Shown here: positions 53,095 to 64,000 of the stretch, in pieces
How positions within the stretch are numbered: position 1 is the stretch's first letter
How the letters are laid out: every line of letters starts with the position of its first letter
Assembly: GCA_013239625.1 (NCBI GenBank)
Contig: MU056050.1
Location: 3,582,084-3,646,083, forward strand
Origin: Lama guanicoe
Taxonomy: Eukaryota
Direction of reading: 5' to 3'
DNA length: 64,000 nucleotides
Notes under the pieces: generated by a model
What the model was told of the DNA's origin: nothing
The model's database searches: none
The model's input: only the letters and a program-made list of their open reading frames with translations
Position numbers and translations under genes: made by a program

Positions 53095-53325
53095 TTATCA
53101 CTATTACTACTATTTTTAACACCAGTTAACATTCAGTTGCTTACTATGTGTTAGACTTATTTCATTGTTTCATGCCCTTATACCTACGGCCTGTTATATA
53201 TTACCACTTAAGTCTCATAATAAACCCACAAGAGAGGCACTATTTATTATCCCTGTTTAAGTTCGCACAGCTAGCAATTGGCAGAACATGGATTTGAATT
53301 TAAGTCCTTTTCCAGAGCCCAAGTT
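53095..53325 (-). mobile_element. MIR
   Basis: gcttactatgtg..cacagctagcaattggcagaacatggatttgaa..ccagagccc. Confidence 0.6.
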
Positions 53326-53449
53326 TATGAAAGAGTATATTGAAATGTTTTTATATGAAGTAATCTCTGACAAAGGCTCATTAGGCAAACTTGAGCCAGG
53401 CTCCTCTAAGCCCTTTATCATTGTTATATCCCTATTTCTCCCTGATAAT

Positions 53450-54428
53450 AATCATAATCTTTTTAAAATTCCTGGTCTGATAATTCCAACATTCTTGCCA
53501 AATCTGACTCTGGTTCTGAAGCTTTTTCAGTCTTTTCGAACTGTGCTTTTTGCCTTTTAGCATGCCTTGGAAATTTTGTTAAAAGATGGACATGATATAT
53601 TGGGTAATAGAAATTCCAGTAAATAGGCCTTTAATGGTGGAGGTAAAGCATTCCATAGTCTTGTGATTAGGTCTCCATCTTTTGGTGAGCCTCTGCCCCT
53701 GGGCTGCAAACCTCACTAGTACTTCTCTGTTCCCTTTCCCCCCATTGTCATACCCCTGCCCCCTGCTTAGGTGGGACAGGATGGCTGGAGAGAGGGCTGG
53801 AGTTGTGTATTTCCTTTCCCCTACATTGGAGGCTAGAGGGGCCTGGTGTTGGATATCTCCCCCTTCTCATGCCCCCCTCAGTACGTTAGGTTCTGATATA
53901 ACTCCAGCAGGTTAGGCTCTGGTGAAAGTTTTTCCTACAGTGGCCTTGTTAAGAGGAACAGAATGCTCTGGCATATTTAAAAATGGCTCCTTTCCCACTG
54001 CCCCTGCCAAAAGCATGAGAAGATTTTTCTCTAATATTCACTGTGAGGACCTGGCAGGGCACCTGGAGGTAAAACTCACAGAAGTGTGAGGGCTCTCCTC
54101 TGACTAGATCCTCCTGGGTTTTTTTTTTTATCTCCCAGGCTTGTCTACACTGAGTCTCTAGCAATTCATCAATTACAGTTTAGGTTTTCCTGTCCCAGCA
54201 CTGATTCCCATAGAGGTTTCTGCTCATGGATTTCTGTCCCTGTTAAGTTGTGCTTCTCTATATCTACCTCTCTAATTTTGGGGACACTGGCTTGCCCTGT
54301 GACTTCAGTTCTCTGATGAACCTAAAAAGTGTTGGTGATTTTTCATTTTGATCAGTTTTTTTATTTATTGTTAGGATGGAGTGAAGACTTCTAAGTTCCT
54401 TACATGCAGGACTCGAAATCAGAAGTCT
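53450..54428 (-). mobile_element. Old L1 5' end/5'UTR (L1MC/L1MD-type), without body
   Basis: tctgataattccaacatt..tctggttctga..gaggttttctgctc-like motifs; terminus ttacatgcaggactcgaaatcagaagtc. Confidence 0.7.
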
Positions 54429-54587
54429 TTGAGACATTATTTTAATTTCTGTATGGTATTTGCTAAAAAGTAAATGTCTCTAAAAAGAGACAATGTACCA
54501 TATCTCTACCAAGATTGTCTGAAACACAATGAGTGCTTCTTGTTGCAAATTATACTCTAATAGCTCACTTTTATTCCAGATTAAATT

Positions 54588-54747
54588 TTTAATTTTTATA
54601 AGTTTTTTACCCATCCGAATTATGTTATTTCAGTTTAGTTTAGTTTCTGGTGTACAGCATAGTGATTCAGTCATATATATATATATGTGTGTGTGTGTGT
54701 GTATACATACATATTCTTTTTCATTATATGTTATTATAAGATATTAG
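54588..54747 (-). mobile_element. Very short L1 3' end with 10-bp TSD
   Basis: ttagtttctggtgtacagcatagtgattcagt; TSD agattaaatt at 54578-54587 and 54748-54757. Confidence 0.75.
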
Positions 54748-56304
54748 AGATTAAATTAATTTCAAGTGTTTCAAGACAAAAAGCATCTGATAAGGAGAAC
54801 TTTAAAGAAGTTTCCTTATTGTCACCTTGGTTGCCCTGACATGGCTGAAGAAGGGTAAGGTCACATTTGTGAGAAATGTGGGGAATGGACAGCAATGTTG
54901 CAGCAGGAACTTGAGATTCTCCCAGCTGAATTTAAATTCTAATTTTTTCTAGCAACAATACCTTTACTGGGTTATAAATTTCTGTCATGAGCTTACATTT
55001 TATTTTTGGGTCTGTACAAGAAATGGCCACATGGAAAACATTTCTGTACCTTCTATCAAATCAAAGTAGAAGTCAACGCCTGCCATGTTCCTCCATATCT
55101 ATGTCATGTTCCCCAAATATTCATGTAATAATTTAATACCAGTAACATCTGTCTCTGCCTTCAAATACTTTTATTTTCTTTCACAGAAAATAAGAACTAC
55201 ATAGCACTGTAACGTTTCCCATGTTATCTCTGAGTCCAGGAAGAATAGCACTAAATTTAGGGCTCAACTGCAACTAGATCAAGCCTGACCTCCCAGAAAA
55301 ATTCAATTTTTACTAACAAGTGACATTTGTTTGCCACATATACTTAAGTATTTAAGTCAATTCAGTAATTTTAATGAATGATGGTACTGATTAACATTAC
55401 AAGTCAATTTAAAATAAGATAAAATATATTATACCCCTTGGAATAATTTTCAGATTTTGAGCAAAACAATATGGAGTTAAGAATGAAGAGAAAATGATTT
55501 AAATTTGGAAGAATGAGAAATGAAAATATAAATGTTTCAAGTGCTTTTTTATATTTAAAAAATTCAAAACTAGGAACTTAAAGGTCTTTATTTAGAGTTT
55601 TGCCAGGACAATTGGGAATGTTGTGACTCTGGTAATTTTATCTTTTTACTTGAGGAAAAATGTTCCTAAAGAAGATTAAGCTTGTTTATTGGTGTGTAAA
55701 TGTAAATAATGAGTTTATGGTGGATGTTAAAATTTCAACTCTTCACTGCCCTTCCTTGAAAGCTATACAGTCCTCATTGGTGCTCTCCTCAAGGTTCATG
55801 CCACGTAGCTGACTTACATGGAAAAGTATTTTAAAACTATTTCTTTCTGATACTTATAACACTAGTACTAGTGTATCTTTGTATGAATTCTAATTTTCTA
55901 TTTCACAGCAACCAGTTTTATGTCATGTGGAGAACAAATTCAGGGTCATTCTTTTTAGATATTAGACAATTATCTATACTATTTAAGTAAAAAAGTAAAC
56001 TATGTGGATGCTCCAGAATGGCTGTCAATATTGACTAAATTGACAGCGCAATTACTCAACTTTCTATTTCATTTGCTTTTGTACACATAGCCACAAATCA
56101 ACTGGCTCAGTTAACTTACTCTGAGGAATTCATTTCCTATGAAAAGCTAACTTTTAACATGATACAATTTAATAATAAAGTGGAAATCTTCAGAGTGGGC
56201 AAACTTTGAAAGTAAGGATAATATTAAATTTGGTACTCAGATGCTTGAGGGCAACTAAAATGAAACTGATTAATTTCATTTTAACAATTTCAATGACTCG
56301 GGCA

Positions 56305-56780
56305 GGTTTATTTATTCAACAAACGTTCATTGAGGCTTCCTATGTGCTTTTCACAGTGCTATATCTGGGGATACAATTTAAAGTGTCAACTCTCAGCCTT
56401 CAACAAATTCAGAATCCAGTGAGAAAATCAGACAAGTAAAGAGATAATTATGCAACAATATCATAAGTACAGTCAGTGGCAGGGTTGTATAAAATAGTAT
56501 TTCAAGAAAATTAATGTGGTAGCACTATGTAAAGTGCACTTGAGTTGAGGATATCAAACTGGCAGTATAAAGTACTATTACTATTCCTATTCTGTACATA
56601 AGGAAATTTCAGAGGGTCAGAGAGATTCAGTAATAGCCTAGAATCACTCAGCTTGTTCATTAGTGTGTACATTCATTGACACATTTATTCATCAGAGACT
56701 GTTCTAGGAGCCATGAATAGAGCAGTGATCAAGACAGACTGGGCCCTGCCTTAAGGATCTTATAAGAGATCCTCAAGTGC
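56305..56780 (-). mobile_element. L2 3' and MIR fragments
   Basis: attcaacaaacgttcattgaggcttcctatgtgc; cataaggaaatttcagagggtcagagaga; attcattgacacatttatt. Confidence 0.55.
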
Positions 56781-57100
56781 TCTGATAATTCAGAAAAAGA
56801 GATAATGATAGAGTATTTGAAATTCTAGTAGGGACAATGGATATAAATACTCAATTATACCTTAAAGGGCAGAGCTGAGAATCAAGCTGGGTTCATCCCA
56901 AGTGTCTGTGAAAGGTAGCTCTCCCACAACCTGGCAGTCAGGTTATAGAGGGTAGGGAGGACTTTACTGATGTTAATACATATGTGGGCCTGCAAGAGTC
57001 ACTAAGTTATATTGTCTGGGTAGGAATTTACTTTAAAATACTTCAGTACTATATAAGCAGCGTGATAGGTAAAATAAAAGAAGTTAATTCTAATTAAAAT

Positions 57101-57362
57101 CCTAGGGTTGACTAATTACCATACAAAGTATCTTTATATGAAGCAACACTTGGGGGCTAGCCAATTAGCAGATGAACTATCTTAAACAAAACCATCACCT
57201 TAGGGTTGGCTAATTTGCACAAGGAATATTAAAAATAATTTTTGATTGGAAATAATAGCAGTGTTAAGATATGTGATTGGTTGGGAATAGTGCAAAAGGA
57301 CCAAACTCCTTTATATGAATGACATGTTGGAAATCAGCAAGCCCAAAAGTCTATGCCCTAGG
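57101..57362. other. Ancient palindromic/internally repeated element (possibly MER121-like)
   Basis: cctaggg...ccctagg inverted ends, repeated tagggttgRctaatt, hairpin catacaaag-tat-ctttatatg. Confidence 0.4.
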
Positions 57363-58431
57363 CACAATACTTTATTTTTGAATCTTATTGACCCTGAATC
57401 TCCTATTCATGGAAAATATTACCACTTGGTATGGCTACAAGGCTTCCATATCCTGCCATTTAGGGTGGAAGAATATAATTGTATTTGTTTCAGAGTGAGC
57501 CTTTTATGCAAGGTGGACCTGAGGACAGAGAAAAGGACCTCCTGGTAGTAAGCTTCAGAGTTAAAGATAGGTAGCCTCCATTTATTTTTTAATCATGGAG
57601 GCTGCTGATATTTACCAGAAGAACCTGACATTCACGGAATTGCCAAAATAGCTTAGACCTATTTGTTACATTGGGAAATTCATTGCTAAAGGAGAACCAG
57701 AATCAGTATTTCCCCAAATAGCAAACTATCCATGATGAAGATGTTAGGGGTCAATGGAAGGGAAGGAATTGCTCTGTCGGGGGAAGCTCAGTCAGCTTGC
57801 TGGTTTCTATAGGTTCTATCCTCTAGGCTAAGTTAGAACAGCAAAACAATACATTGCCTTTACTCCTGAATGCTTCTCAAAGATAGTGAGGGTTCATCAT
57901 TTCAATTCAACTAATATTTATTCTTCTTTTCTACTTGGGGTAATTGGTCAGTAAGCTAAATATTATTCAACTTCAATTGCATACTGAAATTGAATTCTTA
58001 TGGACCTCTAACTTCTAATTGGTTGTAGATTTTAATTAAGACATTCCATAGCTTTGAAAATTTCACCTTGAGTTTTACACATGGTTTCCAAATCTCTCTC
58101 TCCCATCATTTGCCTCATAATTTAACCTTTTCTTTCTACATTGCAATTCTGGAAGTTGTATAACCCTAAACTTCAAGCTAATGATTAACATTGTTTCATC
58201 TACAGATCTATTCTTTCATCCAGGAAGTTACTGTTCTCCTCCGTCCACAGGAAGACTAGCCCTTAGAGAGAGGGCTTTACCACTCTTCTTTCAATTCTTA
58301 TTATCCTAAACCTCTCACACATGACAATTATGATCACCCCATCAAAAAAGAAGTCCTTTCTCATTTGTTGGTTCTGAGACACAGTAATATTTTATTTCCC
58401 CTACTTTTCTGTAGTCTTCTCTAGCTCATAT

Positions 58432-58779
58432 TGAAACTGAGTAGGACCCTGAGGGGCCCTCCCAGATGACCAGAGATTATGGCTCACATAATATTCCAAC
58501 CTCAGGTGAGAACTGGTGGCTATTTGGAACTGCATAATTGAGACAATCATCTCTGAAAATAGAAGATTACCTCCTCCCCAAAACATAGCCCCTTCCTCTT
58601 TTCCCTATATAATCTCCCAGAAAAACTGGGGCGTTGGGAATTGGTTCTTCGGTACATAGGTCACCTTTTTTCCCAGGATTGTCGGCTTCCTCAGTAAAGC
58701 TGACTTTTCTTTTACTCAACACTTGTCTCTCAATATTGAATTCTTGACCGGTAAGCAGCTGAATCTGAGTTTGGTAACA
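58432..58779 (+). mobile_element. ERV1-class solo LTR, 4-bp TSD ATAT
   Basis: tgaaactgagtaggaccc ... tatataa ... gaatctgagtttggtaaca; atat on both sides. Confidence 0.85.
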
Positions 58780-58956
58780 ATATTTTTCTTCTCACTCTCT
58801 GTGAATGTTCTCCTTGGCCATCTTCCAGTCTCATGCTATATGACTCTGCTCAACTACTTGCTCATTAGGCCAGTCTCATCACTTTTTCGAGTGTTTCATC
58901 AAAGAGATTCATAAAGCAAATAGGTAGCACATGATGACTAGTTGAATATTGGGAGC

Positions 58957-60027
58957 TGTAGGGGAGGAAAAATGATTTTCCTCTATCCTTCTAGGTTCTT
59001 AGCTGACACTAACCCCCACTCTGCCATTCCCTAACCCCCACTTGTAATAAAAGACAGATTAATAGGAGGAAAGTGTAACCAAGCAGGACACTAGAGGGCC
59101 CTCCCAGGACAAATCCATCCTCCATATCCTCTGCTTTAGCTTCTCTCTGAAGTTCCTAGATAACACTACCTGATGCACATTTCCTGAGTTGTTTTACAGA
59201 GGCTAAAAACTCTGCCAAATGGAAGACATTTAACTACTTGATGACCTTAAGCACATAGCCACCAGACCCACTGGTGCCTAAGGGTTGATAATGTTAACCC
59301 CTGTGACACTGCCCTGTTACATCACCATCTACCAGAGAATTGTGCACAAGCTGATCACATACCCTGGGACACCCCTCCCTCACCCTGGCCTTAAAAAATG
59401 CTTTCCTGAAACTTATCAGGGAGTTCAGGCTTTCTGAGCACTAGCTGTCCTGGACTTCTTGCTTGGCACCCTTCAGTAAATGCTGCACTTTCCTTCACCA
59501 CAACTCAGCATTAGTACATTGCCTTTACTGGGCACAGGTGAGCAGATCCTTGTTTGATTCAGTAACAAAAGCTAACAGAAGTTTAACAGCATGTATACCT
59601 CCTGCACACATGGTAAATACTCAGGAAACCTGAGTAACTCCTGGAAATGACCTAAGCCATCACTTTTAATAACATCTCCAGCTAAAGACAAAAGAAGATG
59701 TCTGGAGGTAGGGGAACCAGTTATGGGAGGTTACCAGGGAAAGCACAGTAAACAAGGGTATGGTTGTTATGCAAGATTTAGGTCATCCCCTTCTCCATTG
59801 ATACAAATGTCTAGAGATTTAGTCATCCTCTCCTTCTTGTTCCAGAGAGGGAAACACTTCTACAAATTGAGATTTCCCTTATAAATGTAAATGTTCCTTA
59901 CAAAAGGGTGACTTCTACTACTTTTCAGAGCATCCTCTGTGTCTCCTGATTCTTAAAAAGAACCAGCTCAAGATAATCCTTATACCAGAGAGGTATATTT
60001 TGGGGTGGCAAATCCTCCTTCCTTTTA
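58957..60027 (-). mobile_element. MER34-like ERV1 LTR, interrupted by a younger LTR, lying inside an L2
   Basis: tgtaggggagg..aaaagacagattaataggag | aacagaagttt..cagctcaagataatccttat..tattttggggtggc. Confidence 0.75.
59074..59567 (+). mobile_element. ERV1-class solo LTR nested in the MER34-like LTR, 4-bp TSD AAAG
   Basis: tgtaaccaagcaggac ... ttcagtaaca; aaag at 59070-59073 and 59568-59571. Confidence 0.9.
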
Positions 60028-61000
60028 GGGTGATTTTGAAAGTAGAATTAGACATAGTACCTAGAATTTAAACCTGAGACTCCTGAAATATATTAATGCC
60101 ATCAATAAAATGGAAACTGGAAATAGAAGTTGGTAGAGGAGTCAGCCAGAGAAAATGAGACTGAATCTTGTAGATGTTGTTTGAAAGTTATTGGAATAGA
60201 AGTGAGAACAAACTTTCTGTAAGCACATTGCTTCATAAGATCAAGAACTAAAACTGTCAACATTAACATTACTTAACTATTCCAGGAAATTTTTGCCCAG
60301 GAAAATAAAGTTGTAAATAACCTTACTGTTTATTTCAAAAACTTTCTGAAAGTTTATTTATTAAAACAATAAGGATCAGAGTAAATATCACCATTCCCAG
60401 ATGGGCAAATTGGTCATTTATCAAATGATTACTCAAGAAGACTTACTTCAAAACTCTTGCCTTGCTATATTCACCAATCTAAGAATCTATATCACAAATT
60501 TTGTCCAATCCCAGTCAGATCCCTGCATTAAAAGAGTTGCCTTAAGCTAAACCCCCACACTTTATAAATACTTGCCTTTGATTTTCCACCTCCAAGATAC
60601 TAGTAAGACCCTGTAAAAGTGATATTTCTCCTTACTACAACAAGTAATACATTCAGCTTTGATCAACAGATTTTTGTTGGTGGTCTTTTTTGGAGTCAGC
60701 AGTCATAGATATAATAGTTAAAATAATGAGAATAAATCCATTTTTAATAAATATACATAGCATGAGACTAGAAGATGGCCAAGGAGAACATTCACAGAGA
60801 GTATGAGGAAGAAGATGAGCTATAGATGGCTACAGAAAGGTAGGAGAAATAGGCTTTTACTATATATCAGAGCCAAGAAATGAGAGAGGACTTCTTTCCT
60901 GGTGGGGTGATCATAAGTGTCATATATGAGAGGTTTAGGATAATAAAGACTTAAAGGAGACTGCTAAAATTGTTTAAAAGAAGTTTGGGAAACCTCAAAT
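60028..61000 (-). mobile_element. L2 internal fragments flanking the LTRs
   Basis: GA-rich L2-like segments at 58920-58956, 60028-60188 and 60707-61000. Confidence 0.45.
60189..60706 (+). mobile_element. MER90/MER110-like ERV1 LTR
   Basis: ccaatcccagtcag..ttataaatac..tcagctttgatcaacaga..ggtggtctttttggagtcagcagtc. Confidence 0.65.
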
Positions 61001-61205
61001 AGAAGTTAGGCATGTAGTGGATATATGGTTATTAGATGTGACCAACGGGTCTATTCTAACTCCAAAGGAATTGGCAAAAACTTAAAAATATGCTATCATA
61101 GTTGAAAGGAGCCCACCAAACAAATTTGGATTAGTGAAGTTTCTGGTGGAGTGGGGCAGATTTAAGATTTTGGAGAAATGATGTAATGGTTTGAATGATT
61201 TAGAC

Positions 61206-61392
61206 CAGAGGTCAGCAAAACTTTTCTGTAAAGGGCCCTCTTGTCTCTGTCACAACTCTGCCATGGTAAAGCCAAGGAAGCAGCCAGTACATGAATGATT
61301 GGCCCTGGGTGGATGTGTTCTAAAAAAACCCTATTTACAAAATTGGATTGCAGGTTGGATTTGGCCCATGGGCTGCAGTTTGCAGGGCCCTG
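61206..61392. mobile_element. MER58A MITE with 8-bp TSD
   Basis: cagaggtcagcaaaacttttctgtaaagggcc ... ggatttggcccatgggctgcagtttgc..ccctg; TSD atttagac/atttatac. Confidence 0.85.
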
Positions 61393-62166
61393 ATTTATAC
61401 TAAGGAAGTGTTATGAAACAAAAGAAGTTGTTAGCAATCCAAAATATACATAGCAGTTGTTGACATTAAATAAATTCACTATAACAGAACAACTATTCAA
61501 AGTGTTTATGAAGGGTGCCTGAAATTGCAGCATCTGAAGGAAGCTCTTTATTTCTCCCCAAACAAAAATATTATAGAGCTGATGCTGGTATTTGATCTGC
61601 ATGTGTCTTGATTGCCATACTGGATCATCCTAAACTGAAATAAGTAAGTCTTTGTGTAACACCATATTTTGCATAAAATGTATGCTTCCCAAATGAATAA
61701 CCTTTGTCAATTTAGAATTTTAATCAATGCATGTTACTTTGTTATTCAAATCTCTTGAAAATTAGACTAGAAAAAAGTTAAGATAATTACTACAAATTAA
61801 CAGGGTAGTTAAGTTAATCTATTGACTACTTCTAAATTCACCTTCAGACTTAAATAATACTAGTCTCCAAAAGAAGTTTGGATAGTACTATTCTCAAAAG
61901 GGAAGTGAATGGGGGAAAAAGGAGATTGCAATGGGTGTGCTTTGTCAAGTTCACCTATAACATTTACAGTTTACTTTGTAAATGCATTTTACCTTTGATA
62001 ATCCATGAATCATGCAAGTTTCATAAACTAGACACTTGCAAATAATGTGACTGTGGTATCAATATTAATGACAGGGCAGAAGTAAATAAAGATATTTAGT
62101 GGTAAATTCATACAAAGTACTGTCTGTAGGCCTTTCTTATTTAATTGTGAAAATAAACCATGATAG

Positions 62167-62750
62167 TGAAATGGAACAAGATCCCTTCTGGTCCAAATTC
62201 TTTCTGTGTCTCCTGGTTCTTGTTTGTAGGAAACAGGCTTCATTCAGCCTCCTAGATCTCCCATGAGTTCCAAAGGGCAGATTCAAACAACTGCTAATCA
62301 GAGAAGTGAAGGAATGCAGAAACTAAGGAGGAGCAGTCAAGAAACAATAACACAGCCTTGGGATAGGATTCCCGTTCCTCCTTAAGGAATATAAATAACA
62401 ATACCTTTGAGTTGTTCTGCAGGAACTATAGCCCCCACCCAGGTGGAGGATGGTAACTTCAGGCTGAGCACAAGGTTCCTGGAACACTGGTCTGTTACCT
62501 TACCACCAACCAATCAGAAAAACGTCTGCACACCCTGGAAGATAACAGACTCTGAAATCCTCCCCAAATAATTTCCCCTTTAAAAACTTTCATGATCCAG
62601 CAGAATCTTCAGAGTTGGTTTTCAGGTGCAAGTCTGCTATCGCCCCAGATTGTGGCCTCCTGAATAAAGCAACCTTTCCATTCTTACCAACACTTGTCTT
62701 AAAGTATTGGTTTTTTGAGCGGCGAGCAGCTGAATCTGAGTTTGTTAGCA
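62167..62750 (+). mobile_element. ERV1-class solo LTR (MER41-type family resemblance)
   Basis: tgaaatggaac..ccaatcag..tttaaaaa..aataaa..gcagctgaatctgagtttgttagca; flanks atag/atat. Confidence 0.85.
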
Positions 62751-62869
62751 ATATCATTGCACATGCCTTTTATTTACTACAGATTATGCTGTTCTGATTA
62801 TTTAATCACCTGCTGGTACTTCCTATACTTTATTTTAACTTAGAATTAGGGAAAAAAACAAATTTAAAT

Positions 62870-63100
62870 GTATTACTTTGCAAAATATAGGCCAAGTGCT
62901 TTACATTGCAGTATTACATTTAGTCCTCACACCAAATCTTGTGAGATAAGTACCGTTATTATCCTCATACTCCAGATAAGGAAAGTCAAGCACAGAAAGA
63001 TTATGATACTTTCTGGTAGTAGAAGAGCTCATAAGTGACAGAACTGAGACTTGACCAAGTACTTTTTATCCCAAGATCCCAATCTCTTAACTACCAGAAT
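62870..63100 (-). mobile_element. MIR
   Basis: aagtgctttacat..ttattatcctcatactccagataaggaaag..aagtgacagaactgagacttga. Confidence 0.7.
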
Positions 63101-63770
63101 ATATCATCTCTGAATAAGACTACTGGCAGTGCGGGTGGAGTGTGCAGCGATATAGCTAGTTAAGTGTCCATTATGTACTAGGATTTATTACTGCACTGGA
63201 TGTTGGTAGATTTCCCACAGAGGGGGCCTTTTTTATCCAGGAAATTATTTTACCATTTGATAAAAATTATAATATGATGAAGTATACAAACAATGGGTAC
63301 TTTGAGATCCTTTTGTAAGGAGAGCTAATAGAAATCTACCACCAGGCCAGTCATTTCAACAGGATGGAACGGGGCATATCAGAATCGAGGAATATATCTT
63401 TGTGAACCATTGCACTAGACTCTGAATTCTTTGAGAGCATCTTGTTCACTTTTGCATCTTCAATGCAAAATATGGGGCCTAATGTAAAACAGAAAATACA
63501 GGATGTAAAGGGGAAACCAGTCTCTGATGAGCTGCTTACATTTATGTAACCTTGGGTCAATCATCTCCCCTGAATGTCAGTTTTTTTATTTCTGAAATAT
63601 AGTTGGCTGCTGGCTAATTATAAAATCTGAAAGAGATACAGTTTTTTTCTTTATGAAGCTTGCCATCTGATGTATGGAAGACAAACCATAATAACACTTA
63701 TCCTACCGTATTCACAGAATTTTGTGACGGTCAAATGAGATACCAAACGTATTTGGCACATTATAAAATG

Positions 63771-63974
63771 TGGTTGACCCTTGAACAACATCAAGGTTAG
63801 GGGCACTGACTCCTTAGGAAGTTGAAAATCTGTGTATAATTTATAGTCAACCGTACATATGCACAAATTCAACTAAACCCAGATTGTGTAGTACTATACT
63901 ATTTACTACCGAAAAAAAAATCATGTATAAGTGGACCTGCACAGTTCAAACAAGTGTTGTTCAAGGGTCAACTG
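63771..63974. mobile_element. Tigger2-derived MITE inserted into a MIR 3' end
   Basis: Perfect 18-bp TIR gttgacccttgaacaaca (63773-63790) / tgttgttcaagggtcaac (63955-63972); MIR pieces on both sides. Confidence 0.85.
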
Positions 63975-64000
63975 TACTCTACAAAAGTTATCATTATAAT

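Noticed and set aside
50325..54428. L1 3' end and L1 5'UTR as one deleted full-length element
   Set aside because: They are separated by MER5, L2-like and MIR pieces that are generally older than L1MB, and no shared TSD was found.
58432..62750. The 58432 and 62167 LTRs as two ends of one provirus
   Set aside because: The 58432 LTR has its own ATAT TSD, the U3 regions differ, and the interval holds older L2, MER58 and MER110-like DNA with no gag/pol.
1..64000. Remaining 60-130 aa ORFs; CRISPR arrays, operons or other prokaryotic systems
   Set aside because: The ORFs are low-complexity or antisense to repeats; there are no regularly spaced repeat-spacer arrays, and the DNA is clearly mammalian.

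Overview
AT-rich, CpG-poor mammalian genomic DNA, most likely camelid. The evidence is a tRNA-Ala-derived SINE at 48.1 kb and no recognisable Alu, B1/B2, Bov-tA, PRE-1 or Can-SINE. I cannot support any intact protein-coding gene. The long ORFs are pieces of LINE-1 ORF2, and most of the window is layered transposon debris: L1 of several ages, L2, MIR, CR1-like, MaLR and ERV LTRs, hAT and Tigger DNA elements. Repeat family names come from recalled consensus sequences and need RepeatMasker/Dfam confirmation. The most striking structure is at 16.2-20.7 kb. Two young, oppositely oriented L1 copies have swapped target-site duplications, a MIR is split onto opposite strands, and there are reciprocal deletion/duplication scars. 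Together these define a ~1.7 kb inversion (18032-19744), either real or an assembly artefact. Other points of interest: a twin-primed L1, a cryptic Tigger transposase fossil, nested insertions, a cluster of five ERV1-type solo LTRs, two ancient palindromic elements and a candidate anonymous 3'-terminal exon.
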